DNA of 64,000 nt, taken from positions 496,001 to 560,000 of the forward strand of contig NW_026782592.1 in the NCBI RefSeq assembly GCF_031769215.1. Reading direction: 5' to 3'. The notes beneath the pieces were generated by a model that did no database searches, was not told the DNA's origin, and worked only from the letters and a program-made list of their open reading frames with translations. A program made the translations under genes and the position numbers. Source of the stretch: Ylistrum balloti (lineage: Eukaryota). Of this stretch, positions 23,572 through 38,500 are shown one piece after another. How positions within the stretch are numbered: the first letter of the stretch is position 1; the number at the start of each line of letters is the position of its first letter.

Positions 23572-26500
23572 GTGAGAAATTAGTCTGCTTAGTCACTATG
23601 GCAGTGGTACCTTCAATGTTGAAAGGTGTCCGTACAGGTATTTGCATTCAGTATAATGACCTGCTGGAGTTTGAAAAAGTTCGAAGCATTTTTCTGAAAT
23701 ATATGTACGGCCCTTTCTTCGCTTGAATAAATCTGTCATATGTAAAATGATAGCATTTATACGTGGAAAATCATTAGCACACCCTTTGCATAAATATGCA
23801 TGTGTTTATACCAGGAAATGATGTTGTTTATCCCTGTAAATATTCTACACACGTTTTAGAACGTGACACATTCATGGCAACCTATCAGCATTTCACATGA
23901 GAGATCACCAAAGTTTAGAACTCATATATAAACATGTTAAATAGGACCTCGTGACTAATGAGTGCCCAGGACAAATACGAAATGGTACTTGGTGTCTATT
24001 GAAGATCTACTCATTATACAGTATCATAAACACTGCATATCTCAACATCACCAAGACAATTTTTTATTGCTATATTACATGAAAATAGGCAAAATTAAAT
24101 TGCACCCTTACATTATGTCCATATGTGATCAGATTCATTCGTCAATGTTCATTGGTTAGATGAATAATTCTGTGAAATGACAATGACTTTTATAAAACTT
24201 ACACTAATGAAAATACTAAAAGGAGAGTCATCTAGTAAATATTGCTTTTCTTATGATGGGCAGGATAATTTGGTTTAGCTTAGCTTAGTTTAGCTTTGTA
24301 GTTACTGAACCCAGGCCTTATGCCTCTATGTTCAGATCCGAAACCTTGTCACAATCCATAGGTTTAATAGGTTTTGTGAAATGAATTTAATTAGTTTTCG
24401 TCTATCCCCATTCCATAACTGTTGTAGGAACATCTATGAATAAAACAATGAACATTAATGAATGATAAGAGTCTTAATTATCATTATTGTTATTTTCTTT
24501 TTTTTTTCATTTATTAAGTATAATTGGTTTGGACAAGTAATACACATATCTGAGATTTTAATTAAATATTACATTAATAGAAGCTTTGATTAAGGTTTGT
24601 CTGTAATAAATTACAGTATTTCTGCATACATTTTTCTATGATACATTACCATGTTTCAGCATACATTTTTTCTATAATAAATTTTGGTGTTTCTGCACAC
24701 AAAAACTCACCTGTTTACGTATATGTGCTACTAACAGAATCAGCAGAGTGTTCCTGATTTTTTATTTTTAAAAAAGGAAAGTAAGTTTAAAGCATTTACA
24801 GATTACCAGAAATGAGACAACATGCAGGGTTACCAGACATGCAGAATCCCTGAAATCAATTTTTTCCACATTTGATATATATTTTCTTCATATATTGCTT
24901 CAACACTTGTATTTATGCCTTTGTTACACATTTTGTATATGCAAGTGATTATTTAAAAATTGTGTCATTTTAAAGATTTGTCCGATCAACTTTTTTTGTA
25001 AATAGGGCTTTTAAGACTGGAATTTATGTAGTTATGGATTATTATTATCAACATATTTTTTTTATGAAAATGGTGCCAATTCATTGCTTTGATATTGTTT
25101 CCAGACAACTTTGCCAAATTAAATCTTCTGGCTGTATAATTACATAATGTCTTTTTTATTTATTTAGTCTCCTATGGTACAAGCCTGTTTCCATGGAGAC
25201 CCAGACGAGGTTCGAGCCCTTCTTTACAAAAAGGAAGATGTCAATTACCAGGTCAGTTTCCATACTTGTAACAAAAGGATATGAATTTATATAATATTAT
25301 AGGGTTCTACACAAATTGCATTACTCCTTTCCATCTGATAACAACACTAAAATAATGCTTTCTGTGTACTACATGCATATGAAATTAGGAATCGCTTAAA
25401 CATTATAGTCAGTCTTTAGAACAAATGACCTTTTTAACTTCAACCTGTAAATTTAAGATAATGGTTACTTAATATGTTTGGTATGAACCATATCAGCATT
25501 TACAAATTAAATATTTAGGCCATTGAAGCTTCTGTTATAATACAATTTCAAGATCAATATCTATGTAAGGATGGGAGAATCTTTTACAGGTGAAATAAAT
25601 GTCTAAGCTTTGATTTCCACCTGCAGGATACAGAGAAGCGGAGTCCGCTCCATGCTGCGGCCTACTGCGGAGAGGCAGAGATTGCAGACCTCCTTATTAT
25701 GAGTGGTGCTCGTGTGAATACAAAGGACAATAAATGGCTCACTCCTCTACACAGGGCATGCTCCTCAAAAAGTGATGTAAGTTAGAACTCTGGTAGAATG
25801 AGAGACATTTTATTATGTTCCAGACTTTCTGAAGTTTTCTTACCATTGCACTTCAAAGTGGCGTAAGCATTTTCTAAGTTTTTTATCCTCAAACAGTGAA
25901 TATTATATATTCTGTCCAAAGATTACTCTTTCAAATTTAAAAAAATTACTATCTAGCTACTGTTTGTTTGTGTGAAAGAAATAGGAATAGTGATTGAATT
26001 TTTATACAAGAACAGAAGATGAAATAATTGAATTTTGTCCAAGAACAGAACAATTCTTTTAAGAGTTACTCCCCTTGGTGATGTCAGTCTGGAGGCCCTC
26101 TGTTGAGTTACATTTTGACAGAAAACATCTGAAGATTTGCCAATCCCTAATAAGACTGCATTGTATTACAAAATTATTAGGATAAAAGAGTGCTACCTGC
26201 TTGTAGTTTTGGATTATTTGCATTAGTAGTAATTTTATATTAATGTAAAGTTTATTCCAGAAATAAGATATATCAGGGCGTAATAGAATAGCTTTTTTGT
26301 CTTCAGCATCACATGTGTTTTTCCCCAGTAAACCATCACTACATGTACTGTAAAACAAAATCCCCACTCTAAGCCACAGGGTTGTTTCTCTGCTGCTAAC
26401 TTATGTAAGAATTTTCAACATAACAAAAAGGTTTGTGACTATTAGATAAAAGAAAATAAAGTCATTCATTCCTTCTATTTTGTTAATGAATATGAATTCA

Positions 26501-29500
26501 TAGAGAGTTCCTGTTGTGAATTTATCTCAATCTTAAAATTAACAAAAGAAAATCGCATTATGATCAGAGTTGGTTGAGAGTACTTTAAAAAACATATTAT
26601 CATGATAATCTTATTTTAGCATTTTTATGGTGAAACATTGCACTAAAATATATTTGCTTTGATTGCAGTTTCTGAGTGTTACTCATATAAGAAATAACCA
26701 TTGTGGATGCTCAAGTTCATCATTGTGCTAATGTGCCAAAAAATGACATTGCACAAAAATTTGACTCTACTTATGTACATTTCCAGTATAGAAACGTATA
26801 TAAAAATGTATACCATTCAAAATAGCCCTTGTAAACAGTCATGCATCCTTGTTACCATCTATTTATTTATTTTGTTGTTTTTTGTTTTCCTTTTTTTGAT
26901 TGTCCATAGAAGTTTGATTATTTTAATAAGTATTCCTTTATACTTGTGGTTTTCAGGAGACTGTGGAGACTCTCCTTCGTCACTCAGCGGATGTAAATGC
27001 CCGAGATAAAAACTGGCAGACACCACTTCACATTGCTGCAGCCAACAATGCTGTAAGATGTGCCGAGTACCTTGCTCCACTACTGACCAATGTGAATGTG
27101 TCTGATCGGGCTGGAAGAACGAGTCTACATCATGCCTGCTTCAATGGCCACAAGGAGGTAAACTCAGAGTACAGAATTAGCCTAGCCTGATATCCTCATA
27201 CTAGGATGAAATAAATGTTGTTATAAAAGAGGTGGACAATTACAAGTCTTGTCCTGAAAATATGAAAAATTGGTAGAACAACATAATGCATAGCTAAATT
27301 GATACAGAGAGTATTCTGTATACAGTGCTAAAGCAGCATTCAGTGTACCAACATTGATGGATGTGGATACAACTTTGTTTTCTTTATTAAACAGTTATTG
27401 GAATGTGTTGAATTTGATGACGAGAGAAAGAATCACACAGAATTTTGAGGCTGATACATGTTAACTTTATGTTTTGTTTTCTTGACAAGATGACCAAACT
27501 TCTCCTTGAGAAAGGAGCGACCATCAATGCATTTGACAAGAAAGACCGTCGTGCAGTCCACTGGGCAGCCTACATGGGCCATACAGAGGTGGTCAGTTTG
27601 CTGGTAGAGAAAGGGGCAGAACTCAACTGTAGAGACAAACAGGTGTGCTGTGTTATGTAGTTAAAAAATATTTTTTAAAAATATTATTTGTTTAAAACAA
27701 TTGCAAAACAAGCTTTAAGCTTATATTAATCACTCCTGTTAGCCTGGATGGAAGTACGCAAGGGGTCTTTCTGTGGGAGTAAAGCAGAGTTCCTTTGGAA
27801 AACCCATGTGGTTAGGCAGGTGATCCCCATTCCTTTTCACATCCGTTCCCAGTATCGAACCCAAGATGCTTACGTGAAAGGCGAGTGTGTTACCACCGCC
27901 CTTCTGTGTATAGTTGATATAAGTAAGACCAGTTCTGACCAGCAGGTACGAGATAGGCAGCTTTGTAAGCTTCCTCATCAGAAAACCGTTCTCAACTATT
28001 TCATCCAAAAACCTTTTGGTTTCAGTGTACTTCTTATCATGATATGGCCTTTCATTGTATTTAAATCATTAGAAAACAAATTTTGATTGCTGTGAATTTG
28101 ATCAATGGAACTTCTTTGTGTTAACATGTATAGTCGTCCTGTCTTCGTGTGTGCCACATGACCTAACGTTTAAAGTCATTTGAAAACAAATGCTGTCAGA
28201 GAAACTGCTTGATGTCAATGTTTCCACTGTTATCCAACATCTTCTGGCCATTTGATTCACTTTAAAAGTTAAGTAGAAAGGAAACTGAACTTCTTTATCA
28301 GAGAAAATTCTTTGTGTCAATCAAATCTTCTTGCTATTTTCCACCGGTCATATTTCCAGAAATTCTATGAGTAAAAAAAATTGCTGATTACAGGACTCTG
28401 GGGATTCGTGTGTATATTTATCACTGTAATCATGTTCTGCTGGAAATTTCCAAACTCCGTAGGGCTATCCCCATTCACATAGATTTAAGCTATGAAAGAT
28501 TTGGTAACTGAAGGCATTTTTGTTCATAATCAAAATCTCAAGGCTATTTTACTCCTGATTTGTGATGCCAGTAGTATTAAAATCAGGCAAACTTTTGGGG
28601 TCACAATATTTATTTTCTTTAATGTCATTTTCATGATATGTAAGTATCATTGATTTCATTAGAAATCCTTCAGATAAGTTATGGAAATGAGAATTTGGTG
28701 GACTGTATATATGGTTACACTGTTGCAAATTAATGTCATTAACCAATCAAATGTCATGTTAAAATTCAAATGTGTTAGAATAAGTATTATATCTATGTCT
28801 GTTTTTAGATGTATACTCCACTACACGCATCATCAGCCAGTGGTCAAGTCAGTGTAGTTAAGCTTCTGTTGGAGCTTGGTGTGGAAGTGGACGCTGTCAA
28901 CATCCATGGTAATACAGCGCTACACATTGCCTGTCTCAATGGTCAAGATGTGGTGGTCAGTGAGCTGTTGAGTTATGGTGCATCCATTAATGCAGTCAAC
29001 AACAGGGGAATGGTAAGGTCTTACTCTTCAAATCAATAACATCATGTCGAGTCTGTTAACACCAATACATGCTCTACTCAGAATAACCCAGACTGTTTAC
29101 TGGGTGATAAATTCACCAAAATGACACAAAGATGCATTTTTATGATGATTTATACATCAATATTTGGTTTCACTTGTCATTTTCAAGCCAATACAATTAC
29201 AAAGTGAGTATAGATATCTGTATAGTAAATTCTGGCCCATTTTGTCTTGTTGCATCCTGTACTTAAATTCTCAGAGATTACAGTTTATACAAAGGTCAAA
29301 GGGAGGAAAATGAACAACATCATATTATGCTACTGTTGCAGACATGCTATGTAATATGTGCTAAAAATTAGGATTTATGAAAAAAATGTGAGACCATTAA
29401 CATCATGTTGTAGACACCACTCCATTATGCAGCCTCCTCAACTCATGGCGGAATTTGTCTGGAAATTCTGGTGACAGAAGGAGCCAGTACAAAGCTCCAG

Positions 29501-32500
29501 GTATGTGATGTCGCATTATTGTTTCACTGGCTTTATGCCATTTTCGGCAATGCTACAATTTTTTTGCGGAAAAGTATCACGATTTGTTTTTTAATACATC
29601 AGAAATAATATTGATATATTTTGTTATCCATCTATTTCAATGCTGTGGGATTTTATTCTGAAGATGCAACATTTCAAATTTTTCATCATGATACTTACAG
29701 TCAAAATACATAAATGCTTTTAAGGGATAACGGTTTTTAGTATTTGTGAATGTTACATATTATATCCCTTTGGACTCCAGGAAAGCTGTAGAGTAGACTG
29801 AACAATTATGTTATGAAACTGATTTGATTTTAGTTAAGCAGAAAATCACAGAAAAATTTGACATAATGTCATAATGAAAGTATTGATATCTGAACTTGTT
29901 AGAAGAATGATAATGATTTAGATGATAAATATCAGTGAAGTTCTGTTATTGCAGAAGAATAAGTCGTGATTGGGGGTTGTTTTATTGAAAAAAAAGTCTA
30001 CTGCTTCTTTGGCTTATGACTGGGTTATTTCTTATAAGGTTTTGTTTCAAGCCAATGTCTTCATTGGTCATTATTGATAATATTCATGGGTAGTACCCTT
30101 TCACAAAACCTAGATTCTTCCTGTGATGGACAATGCATTTTGAGTTTTGTTTGATTTATATAGAATTAAATCTATAATAATCAAAATTTTGTATACAGGT
30201 TTATAGTTAAAATGTTTATTGATACTCTCTTTTGAAATTTTATGTGCTTTTTTTTTTTTCTTTTTAAGTTTAAGACTCGAATACATATTTGATATTTTAT
30301 AAGATACAGGTTCCCACTGCTGAAACAACCAAACCTGGAGAAGGGGTCCTCACCAGGGAAACCAAATACCCCATCAGTATGTGTGCCCTGCACGGATTGG
30401 TCCCATTCCCCTAATGTTCCCTTTCTTTAAGACAAAGCATAAACACTGTCGAACTGCTGCTGTTTGTATGATTTGTATTATAACAAAACTTGCATACAAT
30501 GGACTTTTACTTAAATACCAAATATTTCTTTATCCTTTAATTTCTGACTACAATACTTTTCTGATATTCACATGTCCTTTGTAGCCAGGTTTTGATATAA
30601 TCTCACCGTTTATTCTGCTTGGTCTGCAAAATAGACATCTAATCCTAAATGTGTATAATCTAATACTATGTATGAGTTACTAAACATGCAATATTTGAAC
30701 TTGGACATAAACATCAGTATACACTGTATATAAGATATTGAATGTCTAGAGGTATCTGTGAATAAGATACATACTAGTACATTGCATTGACACCTGGGTG
30801 TAAGTCGACCAAGTATTCATTGTTGGAAATCATGCTACTATATGAAAGCAAATTCATCAGAATTGGGAAAGTTTTAGAGAATTTTCCAACAAAAAAACAC
30901 ATTTTAATTTAACTTTTTTTCAAGTTCCATTGGTGCCATTGAGCTAAAAAAAAAAATTGTGCAAATGTTGAAAACGGAAATGAGTTTTTTTCACCTTTGG
31001 GATAAAAATATTAAGAACTGTTTAAATAAATTGATGACTTTCTACTACTGGTGATATATATATATATAGGTCTTTATTGTCAGATGATCCCATGAATCTT
31101 TTGTTTTCTGCTCGTTCTTGGTGGCACTGTATATGAGAGTTCTAGGATAATCTGACATGATAATCCCTCACTTTAAGAACATCTAATCATTGTATCTTCA
31201 CTTTACTATCATAATGGATATACATGGCCCAGCACAGTGGGTATTTTATTGTCCTGAAATCTGTTATCTTACCCCTATTAGCATACTTTCTGGTGAAATT
31301 TTTTTCGTGCTTTCCAATATATGTCAGATTATCTCACAAATGTATGATGTTGAAATTCTTAACCTGTTTTGGTTAGTTGTCTGTCAGAGACCAGTTGTTT
31401 TATTGTATTGTGCAATATTTCTACCTGCCATATATGGTAAATTACAATAATTGTAAAGTCCACCAAAGTATATTTCACATGTTTGTCGATGCTTTGGAAC
31501 TATATCTGGATCAATACATTGTGATCAAATAGTCTGTTATGTTGTCAGTTATTTTTACCAGATTTAATAGAAATGTTTTCAAGATCCTTTCAAAAGGTCT
31601 TGAATTGATGGTGGAAGGTTATATTGTGGCAGATGATTCCTTATAAATTTGTAATTCATTGCCTTATTGTCCAAAATAGTAGAAATGTGAATCAAAATGA
31701 CCAAGTGGTTATTTTACTGTGTTGGCTTCCTTTTGTTTGAGTCAATCAAAAGACTTATATAATGTTGTCACAATGCATGGTAGAGTAACGGTATGATATA
31801 CATCTATAACAAAGTGACCTAGATAACAAGGTTCCACTATATTGTCTCTTGGCCTATCAAGCTGCAGTATTCTTCTTGCTGATTTCAAAGACTGGATAAG
31901 AAGCTGTCAATATAATAACACAAAAATATTGGACCTAAAGAAGCTTTGAAAATTAATAAATAGTAACAAACATTTTATAGTGTATAATTATATTGTTTTG
32001 TATGTATTGTGTCCCAATACAAACATGGATGCCTGCAGAACTCATTACCTGTAGATTTTTTTCAGTGAACTAACATTTTAGTATCCAGAAACATCACATA
32101 TAAGGAGGATTGCTGAACCTAACACCTGAAAACCCATGTATTGTTTGTGTCTGTTACTGACATGAAAACACAAATCACTTGTTACCATGACAAGTATTGC
32201 TGTCTGTCTGTGTGTCTTCTATCATGTGTTCCTGTTACCATGACATCAGCTCTCCATCTTTCTTGCAGTGTGTTGAAGGACGTACCCCACTCCATATGAC
32301 AGCTTTGCATGGTAGATTCACTCGAGCACAGACACTAATCGAGCATGGTGAGGCTTCCAGCCCCAGAAGATATTTCATAATAGCTCTTTGGGTACACCAA
32401 AAGAGACTTAAGAATTCTCAGAAAAATCCTATGTAAAACTACATGTGATCTGTTAGGATCTTACAAGCCATAACGATACTCCTAAAGAGCTAATTTGTAG

Positions 32501-35500
32501 GGGAGGGGGTGTGGGGAATTGAATTTATAGGATATTTCTTATGAGCTCTTCAAATACTCTAAGATGCCCTTCAGATACTGTTAATGACCATTCAAATACT
32601 CCAGTCATTCAGATACAATAAATCAGGCATTTGAATACTAAGTCAGTCATTAAAATACTTCTCATGAGTCTTTTAGGTACCGTAAATAAGATCTTAGGGT
32701 GTTTTGTATGATTATTATGATAATTGAAATCTTTATGATATTCAAGAAAGACCTTCAATTTTCACCAAAGGAAACCCATCTGATGCCTAAAAGGTTTGTT
32801 CCCATGAAATAAACTCCAAGAATTCTTTAAAAAGTTCGAGATGACTCCCTTAGTCCTTCAGTTCCAAACGAGCCTTTTGTTTATCTCTATGAAACATTTT
32901 GAAATATGTCATCTTGCCATTCATTTTCCTTGTTTTTATTTCTTTTTTGTCTCTTTTCTTTCAATAAATCAGCCAATATTAAGTGTTATATATGACATTC
33001 TTCAGATAGCTACACATGAAGCTTTCAGATTATGTTGTTATAACTAACAAATTCCTGTATGGTGTGACTTAGATTTCTTTGATTCCTTTCATCACACATA
33101 ACCATCAACCATTTGTGTGCGATACTTACAGAAGTGTTTCCACAACTAACTTATTTGATTTTTCTTCATTGTAATGATTTAAAGAGGAATTTGATTGGTC
33201 AAGATTTGTAGAATTGATGTAAATGGGTTTGATTGGCATGCTTATGTCAGGCTTTTAATTCATCAATTTTTATGATTTTTCTATTATTTAATTTTTTTTG
33301 ACTCCTCCATATCTTACATTTATAATTATTTAGCAGTCTAGTACTGGACTGGCTTACAAAAGAATTGTGCGCTTTTTGGCTTCATTGTTTTGTATGCAAA
33401 TACTTATCACTTCAAGTAGGTCAAATTAAAATCACCTATTTTGTTGCAATCATAATTTTGCAATGATTTAAGAGACAAAACACTGAAAAATATTATAGTT
33501 GATAATAGACATTGCCATTGAACAGCATATGACAGTTAATAAAAAGTGATGTGGAATTGTTCATTTGGTCAGTAGTCTGTTGGATTTTTTATTACATTTT
33601 TAATACAGATGTATATGTGTGAATACTTTAAACGTTCTATTGAAGGATATGTTTCCAACATCAGTACAAAAAATGTACGCCTAATTATATCATAACATTG
33701 TAGGATTAGACTGTCCAGGTAAGAAGTTTTTCTACCCCCAGTTAAAGAAATGATTAAAACCAGGGTCAATTAATAATGAGATGCCATTTTTTTTTAAATA
33801 AAAGTATCTGATTTCTAGATTTTATTTAAAAGTTGTGAACATGTCACAATCGGTTTAAGAAACAAAAATACTGCATGATCTTAAAAGCATGTCAATTAGA
33901 TTAAGATAATCAGTTTCATTTGGTTTGCTTGTATCAAAATTTTGCATAATTCAAATATTGCTTGATTTGTAAATTAAGTGCAAATAAACTTTGTGAAATT
34001 CCATTATTCAAAAGAAACTTATGAAATGATTACTAAGGTTTTCAAGCAAGCCTATTTTCAGAATTCCATTCAAATAATTTGTTCATGATTTTAATAAAAT
34101 AATGGAATATGCATGTTTCATTTTCTACCCTTGCATCCCAATTTGCTTAAATTTTTTCTGGGTATAGACAGAAAAAAAGGAAAAAAATTTTCAAGTATGC
34201 ATGTGAGAAAGGCCTAATTTGTAGACTTGAACTGTAGCAGTATGTGGTATATTGAACGGCAGTCTGCAGTGAAAAAAATTCTTGTTTTGTAACTCTTTAC
34301 TTTTAGTTACCAAAATCTACATGCAAACTTCTGACTTCTTGTTAATATTACTTGAATTGGTGACAAGTTCCTTTAATGTTTAGTCTTTATTTTTATATTC
34401 TAGAATAATGAAAGTAAAAAATAGTCTAAATTCTAAAATACTTCATTCTGAACACTGCATATGTAAATTATATGAAAGTATCTTCTTGTGCTTAATACTG
34501 GTAAAATTTTATAATATGACTTTCTCATCATTTTATCTGATATTCTCCCTACATCTCTGCTTGAAAGCTTGCTCTTACTTCATCATTATACAAGTCCTTT
34601 ATGAATGAATTAATGCATTATGTATAATGCCACAGAGATGTATACTGTTATGTTTTAGATGTTTGTATAGTCTTTATACCCAATCAAGCCCATCACATTC
34701 TATCATTTTGCTGACTGATAAAATGAAAGAATAGTTTTCAAAATCAAACATGAAATATTATTTTGTCATCAGTTTGGAAAAATCTAATTAACAATTTAGA
34801 GAAAAATTTTCCATTTTTTTTTTTATTAAATTTGTTTCAAATTTGGTAGAATTATATGATATGCTGAACTAGTAAATAAGCAGCTTTGATCAGGATTTTA
34901 TGTCTCATGACAAAATTGTAAAATAAAGGTTCAGGTTGTCATGAAAATAAGACAAATCCATATCAATCCTACTTGTGTGTAGACTTGGCATATTTTTGTG
35001 TTTCAGGAGCTGAAATTGATGTCTGTGATAAGATGGGAAACACGCCTTTACATATTGCGGCACGGTATGGACACGAGCTTCACATTAATACTTTATTAGA
35101 GAATGGAGCAGATCCACTCAGGTATAGTATATATACTCACAACAATAGCTGAATAGAGTGGAATACTAGATATGCAGCAGTGGGCCAGTACTTAATAGGG
35201 ACAATGGGGGCCACAGACTCTTGCACGTCTATGACCAAGTATTAAACAAAGCATAGCCAAAGTGACTACAGTACATTGTTACCATCTTGTGTATTGTTTT
35301 ATCTATAATCTCTCTACACTCTCATCACTCTATTTTTGACTTTAGTGTACATAGGATTATAGTACAGCCGAAAATGTTTGTTGATTCTTTACCATCTCAT
35401 GCACTCTGTACATCAGTGCTAGTATGCTCCACACTGTCTGATGAAGGTAACCATGTAGTCATTAAAATCACACTCAAATCTTCTAGTGGTTAAGTTTTAA

Positions 35501-38500
35501 AATCTTGACATTACCAATATGATGAAAATGTTTCGAAATGACTGAGTAGGGCTTTCAATTCAATCATGAGAAAGGGTTGTAGGTTTGTTTGTGATATAAA
35601 CCGGTTTTGCCTGAACATTGGGTTTCATAAAGATAATTTTATCATGAAATCTTTCCTTAAATTCTGGGTGCCTATGGGTTGTTATATATCACATCTGAAC
35701 AATTCTTATTACTTGACTATGTATTTATCTATTTTTTGATTGGCCAATTCTCAATATTCTCACCTTACTCAAACATTGTAATAACCCCAAACATCAGCAT
35801 TCCAGGTTGATAGGGCAATCCAAAAATACTAAGTTTGTGCCTAAATATAGTAACAAGAGGCTTCCCTATATCCTGTAATATCCTAACAGCGTTCAACATT
35901 AGTCTTTTTCCTAGGTGGATGTATAATTTCTAAGAATTGTGTTAAAGTAGTAATAGGTTCAAGCAGTCTTCTTCTGGTGGTTTTTAAAAGACTTGATCCT
36001 GTTTAAAAGATATAATAATATTGAATAAGGGGAAATTACTGTTTCATCGTCAGTAATGTTGTGATGTGTTTCCATTAAGAAAACTTCACAAAGAATGAAT
36101 TTGCCATTTTTACTACATCTGGGTCTGGGTGTAGCTTGACGAAGTTTGATTTTTCTTTCGTAATTGTGGACTGATTTCATCCTGTAGTAGGGACCCCTGG
36201 CACACTTCAGTCTGGGACAACAAGAATAATTTATAAACGAACCTTCCTGTGAGCTGATAGTATTTAATTCCTTGGTGTTTTTTTCAAAAGTCACAGCTTA
36301 TCTTATACCATTATTTGGTACAAAAAATGTTCTAAAAGAAAGTAGCTTCAAACATATAGTATTGTTTACAGACGAGGAACCAGTGGGATGCTTCCTGTAC
36401 ATGTAGCTGCAGCCAATGGCTATGTTGACTGTCTCAAGAAATTACTGTCAGCGATGGAGAATCTGGATATTGATATGACTGATGACTTTGGTCGAAGTTG
36501 TCTACATGGGGCAGCATGTAGTGGGTGAGTAGATGTTATGACTTGGTCGGGGGTTGGTAGGGTTTAGCATCCTGTATGAAAATTCATAGTACAATTTATT
36601 TAGTAAAAGCTGATAAAGATGATAAAATCAGTGAGTAGATCTCACAATGAGGGAAGAGTAATGAAGATTATGTCTTGGGTATGATATATATAATGGTAAT
36701 GTTATCACGTGAGAATTTGTTGTGTGAATTGTATGGAGATCAGAGAAAAACTGTCTCAATGTGATATAATATCATACTGATGTGCTTTCAAAACATTGCT
36801 TTTGTCTTATTTTGCAGACGAGTTGAGTGTGTTGATCTCTTACTAAAGATGGGAGGTAAACTTGGAATGTTAGACTCAGAGGGCAGGTATGTTGAGCAAA
36901 GTAACTCGTAGGATTCAAACCAGGTTTGTCTGGTTTAATAGTCTGACACGCAATTTATTGAACTAAAGAGAAGTTCTCTTTAGCCGAACAGTGTATTGTG
37001 ACTTTTCGTTACCAGGGTTACATATTTCCCCTCCAGGAAAGAACTTGTTCTATTATTTCCAGGGATAACAGCAATGTCTGTGGAACAATGCAAAGTATTA
37101 TTTCTGAGTCCCTATATGGACGCCAATATAACAAAAGTCATTGTTTATTAATTTCAATACTTCCACTAGGATTTAAATCTGAGACCTCTGGTGTAGTAGT
37201 CTGATGCTTAATGGATCAAGCTAAAGGGAAGGGCGACATATTGCTGCCTGTATTTATCGGGGTTACATAATTTTTCCATTTATCACATTGTGAAACTATA
37301 TGAATACTTTTAAAAGACATCAGTATAATTGGATGTTTTGATTGTAGGACTGCGCTGCACTATGCAGCAGCTCACTGTCACTATCACTGTGTTCATGCTC
37401 TTCTGGATGCTCGCAGTAATGTTAACATCACAGACAGGCAAGGTTGCACACCCCTTCACTATGCTGCAGCCTCTGACGCTGATGCAAAGTAGGTCATCTT
37501 CTTCAGATAAGTTTTCTGTCTTAATGTGTCTCCAACACAGCCCTTCAGGTTTATCAGTCAAATTTTCAATAGATGGTTTGTTTCTGAAAGAGTGATATTG
37601 TCATCACAGATATGTCTCAAATTTGAATTAAGTATGTGCAGAATGATCCTGACACTTGTGATACTTTCTTGTTAATTACTTGGATCTGCTTGGGGGAAAA
37701 AAAGAAAATTGATTAAATATGATTATGAAATATGGAAAAAAATGTATCTTGATTCTTTTGTAGAAACTGATTGTCGACTATCATAGTCCCCTATTTCATA
37801 TCACTATTTGATTCTATACTGCAAATCACATGAGGTGATGGTAAAGAAACTGGTGAATTAACAGCTTTTATATAAAAAATTGTTTTGGTTCGATTGGGCA
37901 GCTTGACTGTCTCTTACAGAGTCGTTGAGCTGTTGTTGAAGCATGACGCCCGTCCAGGTATCCGTGACAACAGTGGTTTCAATACAGTACATTATGCGGC
38001 TCTTAAAGGCCACAAGCTAGCATTGGAAATGGTGAGATGTTAAAATATTTTAATGAAAAACTAAGATGAGGGATAGGGTATCTGACAGAATTTAAGCTAT
38101 AATGAGGTGGTGGTCACACTTTTGTTTCTTATATGTTAAGAAAGACTTGTATGAGATTTGTAAATTAATAATAAAGTCTTAAAACTATATGTGTATGTTC
38201 TTTGTTATGAATGTCTGTAAGTTAAAAATATTAAGTATCCATTTTAAACGTCTATTCTTTGTCTGATCTCAATATTGTTTATAGTTATTTGCTAAAAACT
38301 AAGCCTTGAAGAATAATTATGAACACTTAAGCTAAGAAAATTTGCATTCTGAAAATGTGTAAGACTTTTGTATTTTAATAGTTTTGAAATAGAAATTGCT
38401 GTAAAACTGAAGAGAGATATTGAAATCTATAATGTATTTGTTATGTTATAGTTACTGGATGCTGCAGCAACAGACTTACTTAGGAGTGGAGCCATGTACT

